Origin: a virus
Virus record (IMG/VR): IMGVR_UViG_3300032285_004900
Coordinates: 1-64,000 of that record
DNA length: 64,000 bases
Reading direction: 5' to 3' (one strand)
Shown here: in pieces, positions 18,976 through 29,165 of the stretch
How the letters are laid out: each line of letters begins with the position of its first letter
Position numbering within the stretch: the first letter of the stretch is position 1
The notes under the pieces: generated by a model
Told to the model about the DNA's origin: nothing
Databases searched by the model: none
What the model saw: only the letters and a program-made list of their open reading frames with translations
Translations under genes and position numbers: made by a program

Positions 18976-20104
18976 CGTTATGTTTTTCTGAGTAAATTAA
19001 ATAATCTGGATTTATAACTTTACTTATTCTGCTTCTCTCCCCACTGGTGTGCTTGATCACAATGCCTTCCTCTGGAACTTTGCTTCCGTTAATGAAATTA
19101 TTAAAAACGAAATTATTCTGAATCTCTTGATTCCACTTTCCTTCATAAAGGACAGGAACGTGGGGTAGCTCTAAAATACCTGATACCAATATCTCTGTAT
19201 CGAATGTGCAAAGATATATTCCATTTTTCATAACATCAAATCCCGCAAATTGAATATCAGATAATCCATAGTCATATCCTTTTTGTATCCCAGCTCCGTA
19301 TATTTCTCCGTAAAGGACAATTCCACTTCCTATAAATTCAATTCCTATAGATTTTGCATATTGCCAAAGCTTCTCCTTGATCTTATATTTGTCTGCAATT
19401 TCATACCAAACATTAGTGTCATAGAATCCTTGTGAGTCAGATCCTTTCTCAACATTATGGGATCCTACTACAAACTCATACTCAGACCATATCCAATCGG
19501 GTTTTATCTTTTTAGCGATAGAAATTTTAATTCTATCCAACCAGGATAATTTGGTTTTCTTCACAATACCATATCTCGCATTCGTTCCGTGTATTTTTCT
19601 AGTAATCTGAACGTCATCCGATATTGTAAACATATCAGGAACGTTTTTCATATTAGGAAACTTATAGTAAACTAAGAAGTTTGGATTTTCTTGATACCTA
19701 ATCTTTCTCCCTGATGCCAATTGAATCTGTTTAGCTGGTGGTTCGTATTTGAAAATCTTTAAAATTTCCATCACATCGTCTCCTTCGTAATATACACCCT
19801 TGGTACGAGTAGGAACATAATTGAATGGAATAATTAAACACTCACTGTATACACCTCTTAGCTTAACAGTACGTACACGTCCGCCTTTACGTAGGTAATT
19901 GGTTACGTTCATCGCATCTGAAAGTTCTTGGGGTATAACAGCATCAGTAGTTGCTACAACAACTAAGCCTCCTGGCTCATACTCACCTTTCTTAATGATA
20001 CAGTTCCATCCTCCAATGCGTGCTTGTTCAATATTATCAGCACCTGGGATGTTTTCAATTGCATCTATCTTTGCTACATAGCAGCAGCTGTTTACATTTT
20101 CCAT
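18959..20104 (-). CDS. ATP-dependent RNA ligase (Rnl2/Rnl5-like nucleotidyltransferase) with N-terminal tRNA-binding-type OB domain
   Basis: The N-terminal ~160 aa resemble the Myf/EMAP tRNA-binding OB fold (YVAKIDAIENIPGADNIEQARIGGW...GGLVVVATTDAVIP). The C-terminal half carries motif I KIHGTN (lysine adenylation site), motif IV EGIVIKH and a basic motif V region. Confidence 0.6.
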   Translation of the reverse strand: MENVNSCCYVAKIDAIENIPGADNIEQARIGGWNCIIKKGEYEPGGLVVVATTDAVIPQELSDAMNVTNYLRKGGRVRTVKLRGVYSECLIIPFNYVPTRTKGVYYEGDDVMEILKIFKYEPPAKQIQLASGRKIRYQENPNFLVYYKFPNMKNVPDMFTISDDVQITRKIHGTNARYGIVKKTKLSWLDRIKISIAKKIKPDWIWSEYEFVVGSHNVEKGSDSQGFYDTNVWYEIADKYKIKEKLWQYAKSIGIEFIGSGIVLYGEIYGAGIQKGYDYGLSDIQFAGFDVMKNGIYLCTFDTEILVSGILELPHVPVLYEGKWNQEIQNNFVFNNFINGSKVPEEGIVIKHTSGERSRISKVINPDYLIYSEKHNVGDSH

Positions 20105-20110
20105 AGATTT

Positions 20111-20446
20111 TTATTTTCTTAGCTCTTGAATCAATATTTTTTCAATAACCTCCATGCTGTCACCTTTTGACCTCATTTGGTAGCTGGTTACATTAATCCG
20201 TGTTCCTTTTAGATGGCACTTCCAGTATGGTGTTGTCTGCAAGGTGTTATCCCCTCCTATCGGATGGTATTCAACCGAATCGATTTCATATTTAAAGTGT
20301 CTATCGTAGAATTTAGGGGGATTAAAGTTTGAAGTGACCAAATAGATAAGTAGGAACGATAAACCGAACAATAACAGGATGGTTGTGGATTTAACAAGGA
20401 TTAACATTTTTCCTTGAAAGTCCCTTTTTTGCATATTTTTATTCAT
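20111..20446 (-). CDS. Membrane-anchored hypothetical protein
   Basis: N-terminal TM segment. Confidence 0.4.
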   Translation of the reverse strand: MNKNMQKRDFQGKMLILVKSTTILLLFGLSFLLIYLVTSNFNPPKFYDRHFKYEIDSVEYHPIGGDNTLQTTPYWKCHLKGTRINVTSYQMRSKGDSMEVIEKILIQELRK

Positions 20447-20533
20447 ATCTTGCGATTTTATCTATTTATTAGCGATTTTTCCCGCCAAAGTTCCGAGTCC
20501 AATATTAATAAAATCTTCCGGATTAAAAAAACT

Positions 20534-20548
20534 GGGGATATATAAAGC
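20534..20548 (+). promoter_or_regulatory. GGGGATATATAAAGC box abutting the ATG of the 20549 gene
   Basis: Sequence motif. Confidence 0.5.
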
Positions 20549-21127
20549 ATGAAATTACCAAAGAAATATCTAACCACTAATCCCAATGTAATGAAAAGGG
20601 AAATAAAAAAGCATGGGCATAAGGCGGATGATGACTCCTCTGCATATGGTCCTTGGGATGCTGATTATAAAAGCAGGAAAGCAGGAAAGGGTAAACCAGT
20701 GGGAACTAAGTCAAGTAAGTACACGAAGAAATATAAAGAAATGTTTGGTGAGAGCGAGGAGCATTTACCAAACCATATTGTTCCCTTTGAACATTTTGAG
20801 CTACCTGAAAATTTATTCGAGGAGATACTTTTAGAGGATGAAAGTATAACTGAGCAGGACCTACATGAGGCATCTATGGGAAAAAATAGTCCAGTTCATA
20901 AAGCTCTTAAAAAGAAATCTGATAAAACAGGATTTCCACTAGGAATACTTAAACAGGTTTGGAGTAGGGGCTATGCAGCTTGGAAAGTTGGGCACATCCC
21001 AGGTACCACTCCTCAGCAATGGGCAATGGCTAGAGTTAACTCTTTCGTAACGGGAGGGAAAACAACAAAAATGTCGGATAAAGCTTTATACAAACAGGCT
21101 AAGAAAAATAAAAAGGATAAGAAGTAA
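20549..21127 (+). CDS. Hypothetical basic protein
   Basis: ORF. Confidence 0.45.
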   Translation: MKLPKKYLTTNPNVMKREIKKHGHKADDDSSAYGPWDADYKSRKAGKGKPVGTKSSKYTKKYKEMFGESEEHLPNHIVPFEHFELPENLFEEILLEDESITEQDLHEASMGKNSPVHKALKKKSDKTGFPLGILKQVWSRGYAAWKVGHIPGTTPQQWAMARVNSFVTGGKTTKMSDKALYKQAKKNKKDKK

Positions 21128-21765
21128 TGAATAGTGATCTCCACTTAGTTAGAATCCCGCCATTTCAAGCCTGGAAAAAAAGAAAGTTATTAGTTCTCCA
21201 TATGGAGACCCCAATGCTGGATGTCGAGACTTGCTTGAAAGGTGCTCGCATACCTTTTATAAGTCTCCCTTTTGATGAGGTTGGTGTGGAGAAAGATATC
21301 GAGAGCCATTTGAATGATTCTATAGGAATAATTATAACGGGCTCAAGATTGATCGATCACGAGCTTCCTCCCCTTCCCTCGATAGTTGAAGAGTGTGGAC
21401 TTCCCAAGCTCGGGATATGCTACGGACATGAACTCCTTGGAGAATATTTAGGATCTAATATAATAAAATGTAATCCCCCCTCTGGTGAAACATCTAGAGT
21501 AATTACTAAACTTTACCCCAGTGTCCTATTTAATGGAATGAATATAGAGGATGAAACAATAGAGAAAATGGAGCACTTCTATATGCTGGATAAATTGCCT
21601 AATGATTGCAAACTTATAGCTTCAACTAAATTAACTCCTATTGCAGGGTTTGAGTGTGCGGAGAAAGGTATCTTCGGTATTCAATTTCACCCGGAGAAAG
21701 GATTTAACCAGGATGTAATATTTAAGAACTACTTTGACTTCTGTTTAAAGTTCAATAAGAATTAG
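21127..21765 (+). CDS. Class-I glutamine amidotransferase-like protein
   Basis: GICYGHELLG (nucleophile Cys box) and FGIQFHPE (His box). Confidence 0.6.
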   Translation: MNSDLHLVRIPPFQAWKKRKLLVLHMETPMLDVETCLKGARIPFISLPFDEVGVEKDIESHLNDSIGIIITGSRLIDHELPPLPSIVEECGLPKLGICYGHELLGEYLGSNIIKCNPPSGETSRVITKLYPSVLFNGMNIEDETIEKMEHFYMLDKLPNDCKLIASTKLTPIAGFECAEKGIFGIQFHPEKGFNQDVIFKNYFDFCLKFNKN

Positions 21766-22004
21766 TCTTCTTCGAAGTGTTCGAGAGACTTTATAAAGGC
21801 ATTTCCCATAAAGCATCTATAACAATCCCAGCTCCCTCTTATTGTGTATTTGTGATATCCAAAAGGATCTGGGTAATCGTTAACTATATGAGCGTGATAT
21901 CTTTGATCTGCATCTGATTCATTTAGAGAGTGTACAAGATCCATCAGCTTAATGTGATCTTCCGGCAGAATTCCAACGTAAAAATCTATTTTTCTCAGTG
22001 ACAT
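21762..22004 (-). CDS. Hypothetical protein
   Basis: ORF. Confidence 0.35.
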   Translation of the reverse strand: MSLRKIDFYVGILPEDHIKLMDLVHSLNESDADQRYHAHIVNDYPDPFGYHKYTIRGSWDCYRCFMGNAFIKSLEHFEED

Positions 22005-22849
22005 AGCAAATAAGGGCTAAAGTATTTTTTATACTTATCTTCAGGAAATTGTTCCTTGTTTGTTTCAATGTAAGTGTAGTATCTTTCGTACATAGGATCA
22101 AGATCAAATGGTTCTATAGATCCTTTCACGTAATCCTTACTTTCCCTCTTGTGGGTTTCAAAGTTATCTGGATTATTGATGTCCCCTGATTGTTTATGTC
22201 CTGCTATCTCACCTGGATCTCCCCAATTAAAACAATACGAAGGAATGTAGTCTTTATTGTGTTCATTTAGTTGTCCCTCGTCTCTTAGTTTTGTGTACCA
22301 GCTTAAACCCTCATAACCTGTTAGGTCTGTTCTAAATCCAATCTCTCTTATCCTATCCATCTTAACTATCACACTGGCCTCCAGAGTATTTGTACAAATC
22401 TCAATTTTGTGTCGGGTGGCAAAAAAGCTTGATTGAGGTTTCCAAGCATCCTTTCCATTTGATTCTATCCCGTCAACAGCTTGCTGTATGTGCCAGGGTA
22501 AATAAATATCATCATCGTCCGCTAACATGAAGTAATCCCCCGTTGCATGGGTAACCGCATCTCTGCAAATCTGTCCCCTATTCTTATATGGCTCTCCTGT
22601 TTGATAGTCTATATTATTATTGATAACTACGATAGATGAATCAAGTCCCTCTGATACATAGGGATATTCCACATCTGTGTTAAAAATAATAAGTTCTTTG
22701 TTTTTATACGTCTGAGCTTGATATTGTGCAACAATTCTTTGAACACATGTGAATCTTCTGTATGTTGTACAGACAAAGCTTACCCTCCCAGATCTATCAT
22801 TTTTTTGAAAAAATTTATCTTCCGTCGGTAAATCCCTCCTATTTTCCAT
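21995..22849 (-). CDS. Glycosyltransferase (GT2-like)
   Basis: SFVCTTYRR resembles the IPTYNR motif. DDDDIYLPWH is an acidic DxD region. Confidence 0.45.
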   Translation of the reverse strand: MENRRDLPTEDKFFQKNDRSGRVSFVCTTYRRFTCVQRIVAQYQAQTYKNKELIIFNTDVEYPYVSEGLDSSIVVINNNIDYQTGEPYKNRGQICRDAVTHATGDYFMLADDDDIYLPWHIQQAVDGIESNGKDAWKPQSSFFATRHKIEICTNTLEASVIVKMDRIREIGFRTDLTGYEGLSWYTKLRDEGQLNEHNKDYIPSYCFNWGDPGEIAGHKQSGDINNPDNFETHKRESKDYVKGSIEPFDLDPMYERYYTYIETNKEQFPEDKYKKYFSPYLLCH

Positions 22850-23516
22850 CTAAATAATTTATGTTACCATTTGCGAAATTTCTTTTATTCTCCGGTGACC
22901 ATGAATATAGAGCATGATGCCTAAAATGTTTATTTTCAAGCTCAGAGAATAATAGGTACTTTATATTAATTTTATTCATTTCATTCAAAACATCATTATG
23001 ATCGGTTTCTCTAGGGAACCCTAAATACTCTTTAACTGAATCCCCTAACCAACTTGGTCCATACCAATTATTTTCTCTCGTGTTAATTTTTTGCACAAGA
23101 AAGTTAATTATATTAGATTCTTTACTTGAACCGAATATGCCGTTAGGCATGGTATAATCACTTCCCCCGTGATAGCAGAATAAAGAATCATATTGAAAAT
23201 AATCAGTAGATTCGAAGCCATTTATACATTTAAAGTCTACGTCAAGATATACTCCGCCATATTTAGCGATGAGAAATACTCTTAGTATATCAGCCTGATG
23301 CGCATAATCCGATGCTTTACCGAATGAATCGAATGCTTCTTTTATGTTAGGCGGAAGCTCTGGAAGATCCTTATCCGTCCAGAGTATATGTTGGAAACTA
23401 GGATGTGTTTTTTTAATCAAATTAACAAAATCTTTCTCTCTATTTGGCATCTCGTACGGCCCAACCCAAATTTGATGTATAATTTTTTCCATTACTTTTT
23501 CTATATCTATCCGCAA
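22839..23516 (-). CDS. Glycosyltransferase with DxD sugar-binding motif (GT32-like)
   Basis: GGVYLDVDF lies ~70 aa after a HQIWVG-type N-terminus. Confidence 0.5.
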   Translation of the reverse strand: MRIDIEKVMEKIIHQIWVGPYEMPNREKDFVNLIKKTHPSFQHILWTDKDLPELPPNIKEAFDSFGKASDYAHQADILRVFLIAKYGGVYLDVDFKCINGFESTDYFQYDSLFCYHGGSDYTMPNGIFGSSKESNIINFLVQKINTRENNWYGPSWLGDSVKEYLGFPRETDHNDVLNEMNKINIKYLLFSELENKHFRHHALYSWSPENKRNFANGNINYLDGK

Positions 23517-23541
23517 AAAAATTCCAGCTTTTGGCTGGAAT
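23514..23541 (-). terminator. Intrinsic terminator after gene 23570-24241
   Basis: On the minus strand: TTCCAGC-CAAAA-GCTGGAA followed by TTTTTTT. Confidence 0.6.
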
Positions 23542-23569
23542 TTTCCTATAAAAATACTAGATTAGAATA

Positions 23570-24241
23570 TTAAACTGTACCTGCTTTAGGTGCTGCTGGT
23601 GCAGAAGTTGCGGCAGGAGCTGCAGCTGGAGCTGGAGCAGATTTAGCTTCTTTAGAAACCTGATTAAGTGTTTGGTTTGCTGCTTTTGAAAGAGCTGTTA
23701 AATTAGAAAGAGAATTTAAAATGTCCGATGTCATCCATGCAGAACCATTCTTTGCGACAGAACTACCTACTTTTTCAAGTGTTTTCTTAAACACATCATT
23801 AATTTTAGTTAGATCTGGGTTTTCAGCAGCTACTCCGCTTAACTCAGATCTGTCCAATTTCTGACCAGGTTTAAGATTAAGTTTTCCGATTAAACCTCCT
23901 AGTCCTTTTGTTAGCATTCCAGCTAATGGTCCTAATGGACCCGCTAGACTTAGACCTAGAGTTTTAACTATAGTTCCAAAGTTGTTTTTAACAAATCCAA
24001 GAGCTTTATTACCTAGATTCTTAAGGAATTTTCCAAATTTACCTTCGTCTATTCTATCAATCTCTTCGCTAGCCTCGTAAAAGTATTCCTCGTTTAACTC
24101 GTCTAAATCTGAAAATTGTATACCCTCTTCTAAGCAAACTTGCTCAAAGGTACTTAGGCCTCTACCTTCTGATTCATCTAAAATGTAACTAGGCTCAAAA
24201 TTTTGGCCTTTGAAATCAGTAAAATTTGATATTTTTTTCAT
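23570..24241 (-). CDS. Hypothetical protein with Ala/Pro-rich C-terminus
   Basis: ORF with a GATATATAAAA box upstream. Confidence 0.45.
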   Translation of the reverse strand: MKKISNFTDFKGQNFEPSYILDESEGRGLSTFEQVCLEEGIQFSDLDELNEEYFYEASEEIDRIDEGKFGKFLKNLGNKALGFVKNNFGTIVKTLGLSLAGPLGPLAGMLTKGLGGLIGKLNLKPGQKLDRSELSGVAAENPDLTKINDVFKKTLEKVGSSVAKNGSAWMTSDILNSLSNLTALSKAANQTLNQVSKEAKSAPAPAAAPAATSAPAAPKAGTV

Positions 24242-24269
24242 CTGTTATTATTTTTTTTATATATCTTTT

Positions 24270-24503
24270 TTAATTTTCAGCTCCTGACATTTTTTGATTG
24301 GGCTGGAGGGTAGGGCTATTTTGAAGCCATTTTGCTACTCCTAATGTCTGTGCAGCTGCTCTTTCGTGATATGCTTTATGTGGAAATCTGCCACATCTGG
24401 GGCACTCTTTTTCTGGATCTGCTATTGAGCTTCCGCAGCCTTCGCAAATGTCCTGTCTTTTTCTCTCCTCTAGTCTTTCGTAGTATCCTTTTAGATGTTT
24501 CAT
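24270..24503 (-). CDS. Small zinc-ribbon protein
   Basis: CEGCG...CPRCG. Confidence 0.4.
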   Translation of the reverse strand: MKHLKGYYERLEERKRQDICEGCGSSIADPEKECPRCGRFPHKAYHERAAAQTLGVAKWLQNSPTLQPNQKMSGAEN

Positions 24504-24508
24504 ACGGA

Positions 24509-25747
24509 TTAGATGTATTTAAGTAGCTTAGATGCTTTAATTAACTTTTTAGTTAGTTCATCTATATTCTCGTGTGAGGTTGTAAATTCAACAAGTTCTT
24601 TCAAATTAGGATTATCTGATATAGCTCCTTTAAGTTCCATTGACCCATTCTGAAGAAGATATTTTATTAGCAGAGCCTTACCGTTTTCAATAATCTGTGG
24701 ATGGTCCTGAAACTCTTTTTCTACGAAAACGCTTGGATCTAGATCTGAAGCTGCTGCAAAGAAATAATCTGACATTAAAGAATTTAGCTCATTAACCATC
24801 TCTGAACCATCCCAGATTATTTTTTCTGACATTGTTTTGCCCTTAGATCTTTTAAAAGTTCTTTTAATAATGGAAAGAAAAACAGCACTCATCATCTCAT
24901 TGTTTTGTACATTGCATTTAAGAGTGTTTTCTCCTGTTCTATAGTTAACAGCATTTAAAGGAATTCTGTTAGTATTTGTTACTGTCCAAGATTCATATTC
25001 ATTATGCTTTGATGTCATTGTTCCTACGCATCTACCGAAAGTTGAAGCTCCAATTATTTCTTTAATCAGATCTGCATACATTTTTCTGATAGTTTCAGCA
25101 GCTCTGCAATAGAACTTATACTTTACTTTGGCGTTTTTAGATAGATCTGTAACTATGATCTGATTTGAAGATCCACCATAGCGATCAACTTTTCCGATTA
25201 GAGCCAATTCAAGTAGCTTTTGGATTGTGTCAGTTTCTAATAAATCCTGATTGCCAGGATGAGCCAATTCTTCACCTCCCATAATGGGTTTTAGAACATC
25301 TAAAAATTGAGGTTGTGTGTGTCTAGATCCAACAGGAAATAGTTCATCAAAGTTTACTTTCTTTTCAACCTCTCTCTTACTCATAAGAGATGCTGGAATA
25401 ATATTCTTAGCAAGTCTTACCCACAAATGTCTGAAGCATTCTTCTATGGTGTCAAATGATTTCTCACCGTATACTTCCTGTCCAGGCTTACTTGAGTAGT
25501 GCTCAATATGAAATCTATTATCCTCACCCTTGAAGATCGCTGTTCTTGGCATGGATTGACCGTCTCCTCTTCTCTCAAATTTAACAACTGCTCTTTCTGG
25601 TATCTCTCTAACACCTAAAGCATAAAGGTCTCTTCCTGCATCTGTGTTTTCGAATGCCTCTATAACCTCCCTGGTTCTTTCTGTTGGTGTTCCCCAGTAC
25701 CTGGACTCGTTTAAGAAGTCATCGAATTTTTTTAAAACTACTGACAT
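24509..25747 (-). CDS. Hypothetical protein (412 aa)
   Basis: Long ORF; no motif. Confidence 0.5.
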   Translation of the reverse strand: MSVVLKKFDDFLNESRYWGTPTERTREVIEAFENTDAGRDLYALGVREIPERAVVKFERRGDGQSMPRTAIFKGEDNRFHIEHYSSKPGQEVYGEKSFDTIEECFRHLWVRLAKNIIPASLMSKREVEKKVNFDELFPVGSRHTQPQFLDVLKPIMGGEELAHPGNQDLLETDTIQKLLELALIGKVDRYGGSSNQIIVTDLSKNAKVKYKFYCRAAETIRKMYADLIKEIIGASTFGRCVGTMTSKHNEYESWTVTNTNRIPLNAVNYRTGENTLKCNVQNNEMMSAVFLSIIKRTFKRSKGKTMSEKIIWDGSEMVNELNSLMSDYFFAAASDLDPSVFVEKEFQDHPQIIENGKALLIKYLLQNGSMELKGAISDNPNLKELVEFTTSHENIDELTKKLIKASKLLKYI

Positions 25748-25754
25748 ATTATAA

Positions 25755-27293
25755 TTACATTTTTGATAGTTTATCTAGTATGCTGTCCTTGTTATCCACA
25801 CAAGTTTTCATTCTTTCAATCTCCTCAGGTTTCGTTTTCATCGTCTTTCTCTTATTCTCCTCCAGTATATATTCCATCGTTTCAAAGCCCTCCATTGATG
25901 ATGCTTTTATCTCTTCAACATCTTCTGGGGTGTAATCGTCTCCAACTACTCTATCGAAAACTGCTAATCCTGATTGACTTAATATTCCATTTTGTTTGAA
26001 GAATTTTAAGAACTCTGATGTTTTTAGTTTTTCTGTCCCCTTAATGATTTCCGAAACTACCCCTGCAATTCTTTCCCATTCACCCTCTTCCATTTTACCT
26101 TGTAGAAATCCTCTGTTTACATTAATCAAAGATCCTATAATTCTTTCAGGAGTCAGATCTTTCTGATTTCTGAAGAACTGCTCCATTGCTAGTTTAATGT
26201 CAGCCTCAATAGGAAAATCTTTTAAAACAGCATCAACTAATGCGGTAGGCAAATGCATTCCCTTTAATAGAGCTTCTAAAGTTGAAAATGTACCCCCGCT
26301 GCTAGATCTAATCCTTCCGTTTGGTCTGTCTGCGTCGGTGTGAATTGACTGGTTCTTATTAACTGTAATCCCAAGCAAACTATTTCTATCTGAAACTGGA
26401 ATATTTTTGTTCATGATAACAAGTTGAACCCTTCCCTCTCCATAGCTCCAGAAAGTGCTATCGTTTCTAATACACCAGTTGGTGTCTCCTGCTACAGCTC
26501 TAAGAGCCTCTGGGGTTCTGGTTGAAATTGCTATATAGCCATCCTTCTGGTAAAGCCATCCAACCTGAGCTCCCATTCCCTTTAACTTCTTAACAAGCTC
26601 ATCATCACTTTCTTGCCACTTCTCAATAAACAAATCAGCGTCTTTGATAATGTCGCCAAAGGCCAGCTCACGATCTCTATACTCTGGATATGTTCTCGTG
26701 TCGGTGTATTTCTTCATGTTCTGAGTGAACTCATCCCATGCGTTTTCGCCATCCTTTTCTGGAAGTTGATCTAATTGGTTTGAGATCTCTTCAAGCTTTT
26801 CTATTTGCTTTGGTGTCGCCTTAGCAAATTGTATTTTCATTTCAGGAACCAGTCTGTTGTAGAGTTTTCTAAGTTTTACTTTTCTTGGTATGTTTCTAAG
26901 GTCATCGCCTAAAACCTCATATCCTGGTCTTTGATCTTCTTCTGTGGGCTCAAGTTTTCCATAGTCCATTACTGGCATTTCTAGATCCTTTGCCAGATTG
27001 TTTTTGTACTGTGTCATTAAATCCACAATCTCCTGCAATTCCTCCATTTCCGCACCTTGATCAAATGCAAATTTGGTAAATAACGGGGTATAGTTTGGAA
27101 ACTTCTGTGTTAGATCCCTAACTTGTTTAAATTTAGGATCATTTAGTATCTTTTGCTTGGTTTCCTCAGGTATTTCTGAGGTTTTAATCTTTTTAGCTGT
27201 AGCATACCTTTTAAGTAGGTAATCCTTAGCCATCTGCACGTTCTCTAAAATGGGAGTTGCTTCAGAAAATGTCTTGAAACTTGTTTGTAACAT
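25755..27293 (-). CDS. Hypothetical protein (512 aa)
   Basis: Long ORF; no motif. Confidence 0.5.
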   Translation of the reverse strand: MLQTSFKTFSEATPILENVQMAKDYLLKRYATAKKIKTSEIPEETKQKILNDPKFKQVRDLTQKFPNYTPLFTKFAFDQGAEMEELQEIVDLMTQYKNNLAKDLEMPVMDYGKLEPTEEDQRPGYEVLGDDLRNIPRKVKLRKLYNRLVPEMKIQFAKATPKQIEKLEEISNQLDQLPEKDGENAWDEFTQNMKKYTDTRTYPEYRDRELAFGDIIKDADLFIEKWQESDDELVKKLKGMGAQVGWLYQKDGYIAISTRTPEALRAVAGDTNWCIRNDSTFWSYGEGRVQLVIMNKNIPVSDRNSLLGITVNKNQSIHTDADRPNGRIRSSSGGTFSTLEALLKGMHLPTALVDAVLKDFPIEADIKLAMEQFFRNQKDLTPERIIGSLINVNRGFLQGKMEEGEWERIAGVVSEIIKGTEKLKTSEFLKFFKQNGILSQSGLAVFDRVVGDDYTPEDVEEIKASSMEGFETMEYILEENKRKTMKTKPEEIERMKTCVDNKDSILDKLSKM

Positions 27294-27339
27294 ATTATCT
27301 AAGATTTGTATAGCGATATATATTCAAACAAAAATACTA

Positions 27340-27630
27340 GTAATGAGAGTTTTAACTAAAATCGATGAATTTTTAGCAACTAAGTCTAATAAGCCTGCAC
27401 CGAGTACAAATCCAGGAGGTCCTGCTACTAAGCCAGCAACTACCCCCGGCACTAAACCCTCGGCCCCGGTAAAACCAGCTGGTCCAATAAGAAGAGAAAA
27501 ACCAGGTGCAGACCCATCACCTAAAGCTACTGCTGAGGAAGTTGTAGAAAGATTCCTAATTGAGCTTAAAAAAGCTAAGGCCCCAATACAATTTGATATT
27601 TCAAAATTAAAAGCAAGATACAATGATTAA
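27340..27630 (+). CDS. Pro/Ala/Thr-rich small protein
   Basis: Probable start MRVLTKIDEF at 27340, preceded by GCGATATATATTC at 27313-27325. The track start at 27250 is probably too far upstream. Confidence 0.35.
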   Translation, partial: VMRVLTKIDEFLATKSNKPAPSTNPGGPATKPATTPGTKPSAPVKPAGPIRREKPGADPSPKATAEEVVERFLIELKKAKAPIQFDISKLKARYND

Positions 27631-29110
27631 GACATTTTCAGATTTAATAAACGAAGCCTCATTAAAGGGTAACGTCGGAATCCCAGGAGAAGGTGGAGAT
27701 GACAAAGGAAAGAAATACCTTTCCGATGTTGAAGCCAGAGCTTCCCAAAGAAACAGAGAACTAGCAACTAGATACGGCGGGGATATTGGTAATTTTATGG
27801 GTCTAGTAGGAAGAGCAAGAATGATTCAGGCAGGGCACGAAAAAGCCCTTGCAAAATTGGCTGAGGATGTTATCAGAGGCCTATATGAGGACATTCTAGA
27901 TGGAGTAACACTAGACATTAAATTTCCAGATCCTAATGAGATCAAAAAGATGATGAAGGATGTTCCAGAAAAGTCTGAAATGCCAGAAATGCCAAAGCTT
28001 AAACAGCTAGAAGACGAGGGGATTATCTCTGAGATACAAAGAAGAAAGATAGCTAATAATATAGTTCAGGGAGAAGCCAAGAATGTTAAAAAAGTTCTTG
28101 CCATGGAAGAAACTATGAGTGGCTTTATCGAAATCTTTGGAAAAGGAAAAGACCGTAAGGAAGGACAAAAAATTGCTCAGGAGTACAAGGATACCCTAAT
28201 CAAAATCAGCGACATTGCAGGATTTTTTGACTGGCAGATTCCAATGGAGGTTCAATTAGAAATGTGGACAAGAGACAAGTCAGGATTTTCAGGATCTGTT
28301 AAAGTTGAATGGGAAACACCTAAGAAAGATGAGGAAGAGGAATCTTCAGATGACTTAGCCAAAAGAATTCTTGATGACTTAGCAAGCACTGATGAAATTT
28401 CAGATGAAGCCAAAGATCTTTTCGATCAAACTGGACCAACCGTTCATGCGCTAGGAACAGATTTCTCTATGCTTATTCACGAGACGGTAAAAGGAATATA
28501 TGAACTAATCTCTGCAAATGCTATACCAGATGACGAGGAGACTGCTGAAACGATTATTATGAATACCGATTCTTTAGCGGATGAAATAGAGGATCTAAGA
28601 TATGGTCCAGAAATAGCAGCGGATCTTAGAGATTTTATGAATAACTCTTTTAGTATAGAATCACAAAAAGTTAAGAACTTAAGGGAGAAGGTTTTTGGAA
28701 AGATGATGCTGATGCCAGCACCAGATATGCTAAAACTAATGTATCTAATATTAAATCAAGATCCTTTAGCTAAAAGAAAGGTTAAAGAGATAGTGGATGA
28801 AATAGTTAGTGCAGAGGAGGAGTATCAAAGACAATTAGCCGATTATAATCTTCAATCTAAAGAAGCTGGTGAAGAGCCAGAGGATGGTGAAACTGAAGAA
28901 CCAGTAGAGCCAGAGGAGGAAACAGAACCTGAAGAAATTGATTATTCTAGATTGGCTCAAAGAGACATTCAGTCTATGATCGATCAAGCCCTAGATGCTG
29001 GGGACTATGATAAAGTTAGAGAATTGTCAACTTACCTAAAAGAGTCTAAAAGACAGGAGGTTTTTGAAGCACTACATGCTCATGAGGGATACCCTTCAAA
29101 CAAGAAATAA
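27623..29110 (+). CDS. Hypothetical protein with acidic C-terminal region
   Basis: 495-aa ORF. Confidence 0.5.
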   Translation: MIKTFSDLINEASLKGNVGIPGEGGDDKGKKYLSDVEARASQRNRELATRYGGDIGNFMGLVGRARMIQAGHEKALAKLAEDVIRGLYEDILDGVTLDIKFPDPNEIKKMMKDVPEKSEMPEMPKLKQLEDEGIISEIQRRKIANNIVQGEAKNVKKVLAMEETMSGFIEIFGKGKDRKEGQKIAQEYKDTLIKISDIAGFFDWQIPMEVQLEMWTRDKSGFSGSVKVEWETPKKDEEEESSDDLAKRILDDLASTDEISDEAKDLFDQTGPTVHALGTDFSMLIHETVKGIYELISANAIPDDEETAETIIMNTDSLADEIEDLRYGPEIAADLRDFMNNSFSIESQKVKNLREKVFGKMMLMPAPDMLKLMYLILNQDPLAKRKVKEIVDEIVSAEEEYQRQLADYNLQSKEAGEEPEDGETEEPVEPEEETEPEEIDYSRLAQRDIQSMIDQALDAGDYDKVRELSTYLKESKRQEVFEALHAHEGYPSNKK

Positions 29111-29130
29111 TCTAAATCCCTATAATAACA

Positions 29131-29165
29131 GAAAAGGCATAGTTAAACTATGCCTTTTTTATTTT
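29131..29165. terminator. Bidirectional intrinsic terminator
   Basis: AAAAGGCATAG-TTAAA-CTATGCCTTTTTTATTTT lies between convergent genes ending at 29110 (+) and 29159 (-). Confidence 0.6.
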
